This document shows, piece by piece, positions 49,117 to 62,434 of a stretch of DNA of 64,000 bases. Position 1 is the first letter of the stretch; every line of letters starts with the position of its first letter. Origin of the DNA: Bugula neritina (lineage: Eukaryota > Animalia > Bryozoa); contig OZ037767.1 in the NCBI GenBank assembly GCA_964035545.1, positions 23,080,628-23,144,627 of the forward strand. Reading direction: 5' to 3'. The position numbers were made by a program, and so were the translations under genes. The notes below the pieces were generated by a model. The model saw nothing but the letters and a program-made list of their open reading frames with translations, had not been told where the DNA came from and ran no database searches.

Positions 49117-50580
49117 AACATATGGAAGAATTCCTACTCAGTAATAAACTGGTTTGAAAACATCAAGAACAAAAGCAGTAAGTCATTTATTACTTTTGAC
49201 ATATGCAATTTCTACCCATCAATAACCGAAGACCTCCTTTACAAAGCCCTTTCCTTTGCGTCACACTTTATCAACATACCAACTGAACACCAGGAAATAA
49301 TTTTACACTCTAAAAAGTCCATCCTTATCTCCAATGGTGAACAATGGACAAAACAACACGACAGTAATTTTGATGTCACTATGGGAAGCTATGACGGCGC
49401 CGAGACCTGCCAACTAATTGGAATATACCTGCTTAATCTATTAACTACTGAAATGAACATAGAATGCAATTTAGGCTTATATAGAGATGATGGACTCATA
49501 GTTTGTGAAGGAACACCTAGACATATAGAACAGAACAAAAAACAAATTTGCAACTTTTTTAGAAAATTTAATCTTTCAATTACAATAGAAGCCAATAAAA
49601 AAGTTGTAAACTTCCTAGATGTAACATTTAACCTAACTAACCAATCCTACAAACCCTATACAAAACCTGGAAACACCATCCTCTATGTTCACAAGCAAAG
49701 CGACCATCCACCTGCAGTATTGAAAAACCTACCAGAAAATATAAATAAAAGACTCAGCTCACTATCCTCCAATGAGGAGGAGTTTAAAACCACCGCACAA
49801 CCATACCAAGAAGCACTATCAAACAGTGGATATGACTATAAATTAAAATATAACCCGACGCTTAAATCCAACAGCAATAATAAAAATAGAAATAGAAACA
49901 TATTATGGTACAACCCACCTTTTAGTTCAACAGTAAAAACCAAAATAGGGAAGAAATTTCTCCAAATCATCGACAAATGCTTTCCACCATCCAACCAACT
50001 AAGTAAAATTTTTAATAGGAAAACCATAAAAATTAGTTATTCATGCATGCCCAACATGAAAAATATCATTGATGGCTCGAACCAACACAAACTTAAAACC
50101 GCACACATCCCTACTACCACTACTAAACTAAATGACACACAATGTAACTGCAAACAACCTTCTAACTGTCCACTAAATGGTAAATGCTTATACAAAAACG
50201 TAATATACCAAGCAACTGTGACAAGACAGGACAATAATTCCAGCCATTCATACATAGGACTCTGTTCGACTACCTTCAAAACCAGATTCAATAACCATAA
50301 AGCCTCTTTCCTACATGCAGATAAAGCCAACAGCACACAACTCAGCAGACACATCTGGAATTTAAAAGACAACAACACGAAATTCAGCTTAAAATGGAAT
50401 ATTTTAAAAATTTGCAAATCCTACTCAAACCTAACCAACAGATGTAACCTATGCAGCTATGAGAAATATATAATTTTAAAACAACCGGAATTATCCTCCC
50501 TCAACAAACGAAAAGAGCTCTCCACTACGTGCAGACATAAGCGTAGATTTTTGCTTGCGCATTCAACAGACGCTAGTTAA
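49117..50580 (+). CDS. PLE reverse transcriptase plus GIY-YIG endonuclease, 5'-truncated open frame
   Basis: The frame is open from 49117, upstream of the ATG at 49381. RT motifs WKNS..VINWF, FITFDICNFYPSI, FDVTMGSYDGAETC, GLYRDDGL, FLDVT and WYNPPFS. Cys cluster CNCKQPSNCPLNGKC. Endonuclease motifs VIYQ...YIG...FKTRFNNH and RCNLC. The motif set matches my recollection of Naiad/Chlamys-group PLEs. Confidence 0.9.
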   Translation, partial: NIWKNSYSVINWFENIKNKSSKSFITFDICNFYPSITEDLLYKALSFASHFINIPTEHQEIILHSKKSILISNGEQWTKQHDSNFDVTMGSYDGAETCQLIGIYLLNLLTTEMNIECNLGLYRDDGLIVCEGTPRHIEQNKKQICNFFRKFNLSITIEANKKVVNFLDVTFNLTNQSYKPYTKPGNTILYVHKQSDHPPAVLKNLPENINKRLSSLSSNEEEFKTTAQPYQEALSNSGYDYKLKYNPTLKSNSNNKNRNRNILWYNPPFSSTVKTKIGKKFLQIIDKCFPPSNQLSKIFNRKTIKISYSCMPNMKNIIDGSNQHKLKTAHIPTTTTKLNDTQCNCKQPSNCPLNGKCLYKNVIYQATVTRQDNNSSHSYIGLCSTTFKTRFNNHKASFLHADKANSTQLSRHIWNLKDNNTKFSLKWNILKICKSYSNLTNRCNLCSYEKYIILKQPELSSLNKRKELSTTCRHKRRFLLAHSTDAS

Positions 50581-50648
50581 GACATTCCAGCGTAACGATA
50601 CATAAACAATGCTAATTTCAAAACAAAGTCACTCAACCGTACACACAA

Positions 50649-50695
50649 CGACCTGATGATCGTAGCTCGCACTACGTGAAACAATATTGTAGTCG
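50649..50695 (+). ncRNA. Minimal type I hammerhead ribozyme in the PLE 3' region
   Basis: Stem I cgac/gtcg, core CTGATGA, stem II cgtag/ctacg, GAAA, palindromic stem III caatattg, and cleavage triplet GTA (50689-50691). This is the established PLE pLTR hammerhead layout. Confidence 0.88.
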
Positions 50696-50744
50696 AAAAG
50701 AATGAATATATAATTTTATTTTATATCCAAAATTATATCAGTAC

Positions 50745-50924
<180 letters not shown>

Positions 50925-53395
50925 ATGCAAGTATATAAAATAATTTCTAACATACATACAAGTAAACATAAAGAAATTAAATTGTATTCATTTATTGTTG
51001 TATTTTTATATATTGTATTTAATGCACTAGTAAGCGTATAAACATAACATCTAACGCTAGTAAAAATATAATAAACATGACATATAGCTCACTTATAAAC
51101 ACTGCATATAACACTAGTAAACATATAAACACAGCATATAACACTAGTTAGAAGCATATTATTATAAACATAATATCTAACAAACTTGTAAACATATTAT
51201 CAATATAACACTAGTTATAGGTATATTATAAACATAGCATATAACAAACTCACCTATTGCTAGATCTGTAGGTTAGTGAAGTCACCAGTATACTGTGACA
51301 TTGAACATTATTATTGTAAAATATAGATTATTACTCTACCAATAGCTTATCATCTACCTAAGTACTCAGTCGAAGGAGCGGATCTATAACTCAACCACCC
51401 CCTACTGTATGAATGGTTATTTTCAAAAGTAAAGCATTTGAGCAAAGAAAAGCTTCGGTTTTACTTTTCCTTTTTTCAGAAATGAAACTGTAAAACCACC
51501 GCTGAGCTGAGAAAGTTGGTATATAAATATAATGAGACTCTTCTACTGCAAAATCTGCTGAATAAAGCAAGAATCTACAACTAACAATGGCAAGGAACTA
51601 GATCACCATATCTTCACTGCTACAAATCTGCCTGCAACTTGAATATTTTTTCAAAAGAAATTAAAACTTTCTTAAATTATGTTATAGATTCTACAAATAT
51701 CTACCGATTAGGGTATGCATATCAACTCAATCCACCCCTAGCACGCCTATACATCACTGCTTCTGCTCTGCTCCGTTCATGGCCGGTCATTATCTGCTGT
51801 TCACTCTTCATCATGTCAAGATCTTCAGGTGAATCCCTTCCCTTGTTTCTTATCAACACTCTGTCACATAATTAAGGGGTGGGTTGAAGACCTCCCCTCC
51901 TCATTTGAAGTTTTGTACATTGAGATGTAGAATAATGTATATGAGTTTCTAGGAAGAGCCAATGATAGGATTAAACATGATTAATATGAAGAGTTCGTGT
52001 GGAATGCCCTCTCTATATTGTCATATAATCAGGGATTACCAGCTACAATGTGCCACGAATGGAGGCATGCTATACCTGACATTGCAGTTTGCCAACTTTC
52101 CAGAGTATCATAGGTTGTAGTGCAGTACCATGCTATTGAAATAAGTAATACACCTTTGTGTGAGAAATTTTGCAGATGACAAAAGATAAAAAGTTACTTA
52201 AAGAAATATGTGATTAAATTATACCAAATTAATGTGCACAGCATGTACATCATGATGTAGTACAGTTTGAAGCATTGTATGATAGGGCACTGCTGCAAAT
52301 ACATACAATTTACAAGCTAAAATATGGGACAGGATGGAAGGGAAAGATAAAATGGACAAATTGTTAATGTTTATATCTATAGCTGTCAAGTTGTGTTGCA
52401 GCTTCATTTAGCATTATATTATTTTATAGGTACTCTGTAACATAAAAGTAACCATACAGCCTAAAAGTAAGTCCTACATACTTGAAATTTTGAAGCATGT
52501 TTTATAAAAGTTTCTTTCGGTCATGACCATGCATCTAAAAGTTTAAAATCAATATTATAGCTAGGCAAGCTTATTGTTGATAGCAAATGTGGTTGACCTC
52601 TATATAAAGACATATTTTAGCAATTTCCAGAAAAATGCCACTCTATAAAGTTGCTACTCTGTCACTTTTTAAAAACATCAGCAGAATTGGGGCTGGTTTA
52701 GCTTACAGAGAAGATAACTCTATTAGTTGAGCTGTTGTAGAATGAATTAATAAGAAAATCACAAGTTTGAGGATTGCATTTGTAGAGAGATAATATAAAC
52801 TCACCTAATGAATAGATTATTGACTTGTGAGTTTATTGACCTACTCATGCAAATGGGTTTTCATTATTGCCACTAACCTGTATTAATCACACCAGATTTA
52901 GGTTCGATGCATTAATCTACATTATCTGTACATGTCTTAGATATGCATGCAAATAGTTGAACACTTGCTATTAGGGCTGCATGTAGGTAATTTGTATGCA
53001 GAGAAAACAATTGTAGTAGGTTAAAGTGCCCTCTCATTAGGTGAGATTTCACTCCCAGCAGATGAGATTTCCTTCTCATCAGGTGAGATTTTACTCCTAG
53101 CAGGTGATTGGGTTTTATACTCATCAGACACAGAAATAGCTGCTCTCACTAGTTGCCCTTTACAATTAAATAAAACAATAAAATATATTTGAGTAATAAA
53201 ATTGAACCAAGTAATCGGTAGAGGTGACTCAGCTTACAAAAACTGAAATATGATATTTTAGAATCTGTCAAAATAAATTTATTTACTGATTTTATTAATT
53301 CCATAATTTTTAAGTTTTTAGACAGCAAAATATAGAATCAAAATATTTTTAAAATAGGCATTAAGGTAATATGTGTAAATATTCCAAGAATAATT

Positions 53396-53592
53396 ACACA
53401 CCACACCACACCACACTACACCACACCACACCACGCCACACCACGCCACACCACGCCACACCACGCCACACCACGCCACACCACGCCACACCACGCCACA
53501 CCACGCCACACCACGCCACACCACGCCACACCACGCCACACCACGCCACACCACGCCACACCACGCTACACTACACTACACTACACTACACT
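53396..53592. repeat. (CCACA/CCACG)n pentamer/decamer microsatellite
   Basis: Direct inspection. Confidence 0.95.
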
Positions 53593-53689
53593 ATACTATT
53601 CTTCACAAGCCGAATGGATTTGTAGATAAGACAACTCCAAAGCATTGAGCTCTCGATACACATGATCAATTGTTTGGAGTTGATATTAA

Positions 53690-53900
53690 TAAGCAGCTGT
53701 GCACACAAGATTAAGTAAAGACGTCAGCTGATAGTCTGCAAGTATTAAATATATCAGCTGATCTTCTTGGTTGTTAATCTGGGCTATCTCACAGCCACTT
53801 TTGTATTCATATTTCTAAGCTTACAGTTTTGTATACTTCACTCACAACACTCACTTTTCATTTTTGTGAGTTGTTTTTTATCTGTTTCAACTAATAACTA
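53690..53900 (+). promoter_or_regulatory. Probable promoter and non-coding first exon of the transgelin-like gene
   Basis: CAGCTG E-boxes at 53694, 53725 and 53755, TATA-like tattaaata at ~53743, candidate donor ctaataacta|gtaaga at 53900/53901, and acceptor cttag| just before the ATG exon (54409/54410). Confidence 0.4.
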
Positions 53901-54415
53901 GTAAGAGATTGTTATAACCTTATTTAATACCTACACTATTACACTATTACTATTAATATGTAAGTAGAATAGCCTGCACTCCCACACATAATAACATGTA
54001 GTAGCAGGAAACATTTGGTAGTAACCTCCCCTGTAGAAACTATAAATCTAGAGCATTCCAGCATGTCAGGCACACGTTTGATAATAACATATTATTATGA
54101 TTCACAGTATGCAGTTGTGTTTTAGTTATGAGCTTAAGGCTATGTGTTTCGCAAGGTAATACGATAGGCATATTCCTATTATGGAATATAATTTTGCTAA
54201 TGAGCATTTGTTTAGCCTTAGATTTAAACAGATTGAGAAACATAATTGATTAGAGTGGGTTTTCTCTGTAGCCACCCTTACTGTAGGTAGACTATCCGTT
54301 GTTAATAGCTTATGGTAAAAAGGTAAGCAGTTAGACTGATATTTAAATGCTATATACTCATCATTGTGATCACTCAGTCTTTGTGTGCACAACTTTGCTA
54401 CAAACTTAGATCAAG

Positions 54416-57400
54416 ATGGCCGACACCAACAGAGCAGCTCTGAGCGGTATTGCCTACGATATTGCTAAAAAGGTGAGTATCACTGAGTATTGCAGCTATG
54501 TATAGTCTCTTTACACTTGAAAAAATTGAGATGTATTTAATTCACTAGATATGCATGCAGTATATATTACTAAAATTGCAGGTTTGTGTTTTTGATATTT
54601 TGTTCAACCTGCACTTATCTTTTCGAGAAATTTTTATGTCTTTGGCAGCTGGATTGCAATTAAAAATTAAAAATATTGTAATGAATAAAATCGCATAAAA
54701 TAGTATTAATGAAAAAGGTGTTTGTAGTTGCATGTACAAAAGCTAGGCTCAACACAGTAAATCCTCTAAATGTACTGCTAGGATTTCTCAGCCAGTTTCA
54801 AATTTATCGAATCAATGCATCAACTTTATATATATTAAACTTGATATATTATTATTTTTCATTTAACTTATAAGATGCTAGTTTAATTAAAGCATCTTGC
54901 ACACCCAAGCGAACACTCTTGTTGATTTTCTGCTTATGTACAATTGCCAGCCATTTGGTGTATAACTTTAACTTCAACTTAATATACATTTCTTTGTTAG
55001 TTATTGCAAGTCTCATTATTTTAATATGTTATTTTATTACAACATCATACTCTATATGAATAGTAGTTTATAAAGAGTTGCTATAAGTGGTTGTGGCACA
55101 AGTAATTATACTTACAGTATACAGTGCATAGACAGGTCTGCCTATAAGGCTAGCATAACGATACTAACTGTAATTACTGTTTAAATGTTAAATATCAGCA
55201 ATTATCTCTACAATGAGTTATATCCATAAATGGGTAAGAGATCGAGAACACCATAAATGTGAATAACACAATACAATGCTATCTAACTATGAGACTACCT
55301 TGCCACACCTTTCAGTGCATAGTATACAGCTATAATTAGTATATTGTTATTTCAGCTTTTTATATTCTGACTTCGTACACATGTGCAGTCTGTATAGGTA
55401 CTAAGCATTGCTATTGCTAGAATATAGAGCTTGTATAAAACTCAAAAGTTGTGTCCCACAAAATATATATGTAAATACAAGTTCATGAAACATTTATACT
55501 ACTTTCATATATTACTAAAACCTTGCTTTCATTGCTTCATGTGAGAGACTAACCCAAATATTGTTTCATGTAAGAGACTAACCCAAATATTGTTTCATGT
55601 GAGAAACTAACCCAACTACTGTTTCGTGTGAGAGACTCACCCAGCTACTGTTTCATATGAGAGGCTAACCCAATGTTTTGTATGCAGGTTGACAAGAACC
55701 GAGATCCTGAAGCGGAGGCCAAGGCAGTTGCCTGGATGACAGAAGTGTTGTGTAAAGCGCCCCCTGCTGGCACTTATGAAGATTCCCTAAAGAACGGAGC
55801 TTACCTCTGCGAGTAAGTCTTCATAAGATTTCAGGCTAGAAAGAAGTTTACAGAATGTTTTGTAAATACTCAATGGTGTTTTCGCAACACTGACCAGTTA
55901 CATGCACATTGCTTTTATTCTAAAATCAAAAATTTACGTTGATTATTTCATATCTGAGTCACTAAAATTAGCCTGTGGTTTCAATAACATGTTGTCATGT
56001 TTTAGACTTATCAACGCTATCGCTCCAAACTCGGTTAAAAAGATTCACCAAAAAGGTCAGGCCTTTACTGTGATGCAAAATATAGAAGCATTTCAAAAAG
56101 CTCTGGTAGCATATGGCGTACCGGCAGAAGATCTTTTCCAAACTGTAGATCTTTGGGAAAAGAGGAACATACCCGCAGTGACAAAAACTATCTACGCACT
56201 CTCTCGAACTGTAAGTGCAAAAATATGATCATGCGATCACAACACATGTTTGTAGTAGTAGTCGTAGTAACTACAGTTGAATTAGAATAAATTTTATAAT
56301 AATTGAAGAATTCTATATGATTGAAAACAAAGCTTATTTATTTTTATTGAAATGTGTAAATCTTTCTTGTTCACTAGATAAAATAAGCGTTTAATTCCAT
56401 CTCATAAATATTTTTCAGTTAAAAGGCTGTATAGCATATGATTGGTTAGAAGGACTAAAACTGCTGATAGTTAAAACTAGAAATTTTACGATTTCATCAC
56501 CATTGCGCAGTGGTATAGGTTACCCACTAAACTTTATATTACTCAATACTCATGATCTCTTTATCCTCACTAGTTTTCTAGATTTCCAGGCAGGTTATTT
56601 AATTAATATGCAGCATCATTTACACCTGAAGTTTACCTAATAGAAACTAATTAGGAGTAAAGGCTAGTCTAGCTATTGTGGCTGCAATCAGTTGTTATAG
56701 ACTCTGTAATGTAATAATATTTTTCTGCTCTGAAGGATGTATTGTATTATCAGAACCTATAAAATGAATTGCAAAAGCTCCTTGTGCCACAGTCTAACTA
56801 ATTACACCTCCACTTTGCCAATTAACATTATCAGCATCTATAAAATGCTATGCATGCAACAATCAAACCTGTTGCCCAGCCTTTCTTTGCAGCTTGAGTA
56901 AAGAGCATCTCACAGGGTATAAAGTATTTGATGATTTGCTTAGCTGGAGAAATTAACTTGTTTATGAACATCTGTAATAGTTCTACAAAATGTCAATGCA
57001 GTGTACAGCAGCATAAAGTTGTTTGCTGCTGTTACTTGAATAGCACTTGGTTATAAATTATATTCTAGAAAATTCTACTCCAGTCTACAACAAATAAGAA
57101 TTGAGCTGGTGTTGGGAATATTGAAGATACTATATGTAGAATCAGCATTTAATATTACTCTTTACTCTATACAATATATGTACTACTTTTTCCTGTACAG
57201 CTTAGACTTAACTTGAGTGTGTTTATTAAACACTAGAAAGCCTTGTGTGCTGTAGGCACTGAATACGCTAACTAGAAGTAATACCAACAAACTGCATAAA
57301 ATTATCATACTATATGAATACTGACTCACAAAGCCAAAACTAATACTGCAACCAGACTAAACATTGGCTCAGCACTGCAACAAATGTCAGCTAAATACAT

Positions 57401-60400
57401 GGCTTCTTTTTATATTATCTGTATCTTTATTTTAAAATATCATGAGTTGCTAAAACATGGGCTGGATTATTGCTTAGCAAAACATTGCTATTTATTTAAA
57501 ATAATATATCATTCAAATGATATATTACACCACATATCATTATCAATGAGGAAATAACTTCTAATAAACAATTTAAAATATTTCCACTCTGTATATTTAC
57601 CTGCAGTAGAGTTAATGGAGATAAAACTTATTCATCATACAAATAAGGCAGTTGGTACAAAGAGTACTAAGCTATGCTTCTACTGAGTGTCAAAAGCTCA
57701 CATAATACAAATAACTACAACACAATATTTATTTAAAATAATACAATATATAATATTATACTACTGCATGCAATAATTCATACAATATTATATTATACTA
57801 TTGTATATAGTACTATATATAATATTATATTATTGTATGTAGTACTATATATAATATTATATTATTGTATGTAGTACTATATATAATATTATATTATTGT
57901 ATTTAATATTACATATAATACTATAATATTGCATATATGTAAAAAATTTATATAATACTATAACATTATATGCTGAAATTTATAGTACTAGAATAGAAAT
58001 AATATAAAAACACAGGCAATGTTACAGCATGCAACTTGCTTTATAATTTATTTGTTCTATGTTGTTTGCAAACTATATGGGTTAACATTTTTGTTATATT
58101 AGTTTTAATTTGCACAATTTGGTCAAAATTACTCACTAAGTAGAATAATTTGGAATAATTAAAAAATAAAATGATTGTGTAATTGCTCATAATATTAAAT
58201 GGGTAATGCTAGGGTATTGAAATACTGACATAATGTATTCAATTATTGGTATTTCAGCCATTTTCTCATTACTTACTGTTGATATAGGCTGAAAGGCAAG
58301 GCTGGTCAGGCCCAAAACTCCAACTGGATCAGCATCTAGTTAAAGATTTCTAATGGTATAAATTTTAATAATTGATAACACTCACAGCTATAGCTATGTT
58401 GATGCTGTGTAATACTGCAAGTGCTAATCTATACATATGGCTGCTTGGCTCTGCTAACACAACTACTTCTGGTTCTTCTAACACAACTACTTCTGGCTCT
58501 TCTAACACAACTACTTCTGGCTCTTCTAACACAACTACTTCTGGCTCTGCTATGACAGCTGCTTGCTGCAACTTAACCATTAATACTAGTAGCTGCTCAT
58601 TTTCATCAACTCTTCACTTTTACTAATTGAGTTTTAGTAGCACTTTTGCTATTAGATGCTTGCCCATATTAAGCCCAACACTGTCTGTGGCAAAATGCCA
58701 TAAGTTTTGTCATACTTTGTCACATTTACATTTGTGACAGTGTGACAGTGGCCCGAGTGTCATTTGTATGGCTTGTAAGCTCTTGTGACATAATAGTAAT
58801 ATTAAATTGTAATACTTGTTGTGTCACTGCGACACTTGCACTAAGGGCGCCTGTTGCTCTGCGTTACAATGACATAACTACAAGCAGCACCTATAGCCAA
58901 TGATCTAGACTTATTTTTACATTAAGTAAAGCTTAAAATCATAAAACTGTATCCGTCCAATAACATTTCACTTTTATGCATTTTTTGCTTATGCAGTAAA
59001 TTTATTTATTCCAGATAAATAATAGATCACAAATAGGTTTCTCAACAAAATTTCTATTCAATGCATGATAAAAATTGGCCAATAAAAAACTTTGCAACTT
59101 TGCAACATTATTTTGACTAAAAAACTAGACAATTTTTTTTAATAAAAAATTCTACGTTTGCTAAGGGCTAAAGCTTCTTGCTTCCTTTAGAATAAGCCTT
59201 GTGCCCATAGTGAAGACATCCACATTCAGATGTTTCTTATATTCATCATTTAGTAAGCTGACTCATTTGTCTCCTCCGTATAAAATAGCTATAAAATCTA
59301 AATTTCGTTTAGAATAACTGAATGGTGTAGAGGATAACTCTCAAATATCTGACCTTCATACATATTTTCTATTCTTAGTAATACATTTAGATATATTGAT
59401 CATGTGAAACTTTTTAGTAGAAGGCTACATACATATTTAAATATTCAAACATATCTCATTATTCTATACCATTTTTCCTTAATATGTTGTAAGCTTTGTT
59501 AAACGATGTCCAGAATAAGTTATTAAACACATTATTATTTTCTTATTTAGAAGAAAATACACATTTATAACTCTATAAATAGCATTAAGTATAACCATTT
59601 CTAAAATCATCTTATTACAATAACCTTTAAACATAATAAATCATAAATCATGTATAGTAGTTGTGATACATAACAGCAACATGTTTGTGCATTTTTTTTA
59701 CTGTATGTAGCATTATAACTTAACAAGAATGTAAAGGCATGTTGTGCTAGCTATATCATAAAGGAGTGTGAAAAAAGTGGTTTACTACATTATAAAGAAG
59801 TGTAAATGGGTGTTTTGCTATTGCACACAGAGGTGTAAAAGGGGTGTTTTGTTACTGCAGACAGAGGTGTAAAAGAGATGTTTTGCCACTGTATACAGGA
59901 GTGTAAAGGGGTGTTTTGCTGCTGCATACATGAGTGTAAAGGGGTTGTTGTGCTATTTCATACAGGCAGCCTGGAAAGGCTGGAAAGGTCCAACCATTCC
60001 CTGGGAGGTGCCTCCGGCTAAGATGGACATTTAGGCATCGGTTGATCTTCTTTTGGCCAACAAGCATTCATTACATTCAGTAATTATGGTTCTTTGACGA
60101 AGTAGTTTCTATTTTTGTTTGTCTGCATTTGTCTTTTTGTCAACTAAAACTAGTCAAGTTCTAAAGGTGCTGAATGAGCTAAATTCATTATGTTTACATG
60201 TTGAAACTGCTGCACATTATCTATAAAACTTATAAAATGCTACGACAAGTTGCATGGCTTATCTCAAAATTTGCTGAGGCAAGTGTATTTCTACAGCCCG
60301 AGACAAACTGCTGTAATTCCACCAATTGCTAAATTTAGTGTCTTTTAAAGGGCTAGTGTACACTATTCTGTTGTGTTATATAAAGCACTAGTCTTGTATC

Positions 60401-61281
60401 TTATAGAAATGTTTTAATATTAGTGGCAGGCTGAAGCATGTATGTAAGGTTTTGCATTGTTATTTGAATGTCATCTAATGGCTATGAATATGAAAGACAT
60501 TACCTGTTGTCATGGTTACATACAGCGGTCTCGCAGCTTATCTCGTATAAGACTCAGTGCATGCCCCTTTTATAAATATGCTTCTTGCATACTTTCAAAT
60601 ATGCTAGAGATGTGTGCAGCACTTTATGGGTGACTAAAACTGTATCAATAAAAAATGATTTTATATGTGATTTAATAAAAATTTAGGTTTTTTACTCCAT
60701 TTGCTCTAATAATTTACTATTTTGATATTCTGTTAACCCATTATTGTCTGGCAATAAATTATGTCCAGCAGCAGGGTAAACTATTTTATTAGGACAGGCT
60801 TAAATAAGCATAATGTAGCGCAGAATTATGAGATATTTGAAAAAAATCAAAACACGCATTTGGTTATCAGTCAAGGGTCTGATAGAAAAAATGTACACTA
60901 TGTTTTTTGCAAAATACAAACTACTATCTGATTTGAAATGAACTTTATTATCATTATTGCTATACCTACTTACACTGGCAAAAATCCGAAATAAATTTTG
61001 CTCTTAGAACAGCTATATACAATGTAATTGATAAAACAATAGTTGTTGCACAATAGTTGTGTATAATATTATGTAAACTGTTCACATTATTTTAGGCTTC
61101 AGCTAAGAACTGGGACGGTCCCATGTTAGGACCTAAAATGGCTACAAAAAATGAGCGAGAATTTACTGAAGAACAAATTCGAGCTGGTCGAGACAGCCAT
61201 ATTGGACTACAAGCTGGATATAATAAGGGTGCAACTCAAAGTGGAATAAACATGGGCAATACTAGGCATATCGTAGACTAG
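54416..61281 (+). CDS. Transgelin/MP20/myophilin-like actin-binding protein (CH domain plus one calponin-like repeat), ~190 aa
   Basis: Exons 54416-54472, 55688-55812, 56006-56210, 61096-61281 (573 nt). CH motifs LKNGAYLCELIN, NIEAFQKA..YGV..EDLFQTVDLWEKRNIPAV. Calponin-like repeat IGLQAGYNKGATQSGINMGNTRHI. AATAAA at 61603. Confidence 0.92.
55534..55675. repeat. Short tandem repeat (~30-bp unit, ttcatgtgagagactaaccca...) just upstream of transgelin exon 2
   Basis: Direct inspection. Confidence 0.8.
58288..58353 (+). CDS. Candidate alternative last exon A of the transgelin-like gene (AERQGWSGPKLQLDQHLVKDF*)
   Basis: Phase-0 acceptor gatatag|gct. It starts with the same A-x-x-x-G/N-W-x-G-P motif as the canonical last exon. 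Confidence 0.7.
   Translation, partial: AERQGWSGPKLQLDQHLVKDF
58453..58550. repeat. 24-bp tandem repeat (ctaacacaactacttctggctctt)
   Basis: About 4 copies. It explains ORFs 58365 and 58372. Confidence 0.85.
59790..59955. repeat. Degenerate ~30-bp tandem repeat upstream of alternative exon B
   Basis: Recurring gtgtaaa(a)ggggtgttttg. Confidence 0.75.
59966..60034 (+). CDS. Candidate alternative last exon B of the transgelin-like gene (AAWKGWKGPTIPWEVPPAKMDI*)
   Basis: Phase-0 acceptor catacag|gca, the same GWxGP motif, and a GC-rich island within an AT-rich intron. Confidence 0.7.
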   Translation, partial: AAWKGWKGPTIPWEVPPAKMDI

Positions 61282-62434
61282 AGTTCAACAGTTATGTTAT
61301 CTATCATTACCTCAGTCAACACCTCAGTGATTTCAATTTAAGTTGTGGTTTTATCCATAAAAGAATTTGAATGAATAAGTTTATGTTTTGAAGATTTTTA
61401 TTCCAGTTTATTTGTGCTTTCATAGACATAGATGTCAACAATATCAGTGAAATTTGCTGCTCAGCTTTCTATATTTTAGTTTCTATTTTACAAAAACTTT
61501 GCTGATTGGCCATTTTGAATTTGCTATTATTATATTCCAGCGTTGTGCTATATTATTTCGCTGTCTCAGTTTATATATTATATAGTGACTATGTATAACA
61601 TTAATAAAAGTGATGTTAAAAAATAAACTTTCAACATTGTATTGCATACCCATTGCAATGTTGCCTCTTCTTATGCATTCAACAAGTACTAATTTATAAC
61701 TTTGTGCCAGTCAAACAGCAATAGCATAAACATGCTGGTTATATTTACATGGAGCAATCGACTGTTTATAAATTATAACATATCTTTATAACTATATTCT
61801 GCAGAAATAGAGTATAGGAATTGCAATTAGTGTACAAATACATGTAGTTATACATAATCTTATTATATGAATAGTTATGATTTAGCATATCATGAATGGT
61901 TATATGTTAAATAGTTATCTATGTCATCATTTATACTTGTAGTTTGTATGTTAGTGTGTATATATAGTATATACGTCAGTGTATATAATATATATGTCCA
62001 TATATATAGGTCATCAAAAATAGTATATATGTCAGTGTATATAGTATATATGTCAATGTATATAGTATATATGTCAGTGTATATAGTAGTTATGAGGTGT
62101 ATATAACATATAATATGTCAGTGTGTATATATGTCAATGCATATAGTATATATGTCAGATCAAATTCATTATAGCTTGCATGAGCTTAATGTCAATAAAG
62201 CAAGTCAACTGGTGGACTTGTGCATCAGACAGGTAGAAGATATTGATTAAACTCAATATTACAATATAAAAGCAACAATAAATCATTAATATGACTCTAT
62301 TGTATACAGAATACATGAGCGGAAGGCTGACTGTGATGCTTAGTTTACCGACTGTCAAGAAAGACTGTCAGTTGCGGTTTAGTATTGATTGGAGCATTTA
62401 CTAAAAAATTTACCTTACTGTGGGCCTGAAGTCT

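Noticed and set aside
49117-50650. Selenoprotein-type Naiad PLE (in-frame UGA plus SECIS)
   Set aside because: The visible frame has no in-frame TGA, all cysteines use TGT/TGC, it ends in TAA, and I see no convincing SECIS. The truncated 5' part cannot be assessed.
51720-51860. Minus-strand exon paralogous to the adaptor gene (PEDLDMMKSE versus ELEMMKE)
   Set aside because: The match is too short, the frame ends in a stop, and it cannot be linked to other coding exons.
57256-57324. Fourth alternative last exon of the transgelin-like gene (ALNTLTRS...)
   Set aside because: It has a phase-0 acceptor and starts with Ala, but lacks the WxGP motif shared by the other three and has intron-like composition.
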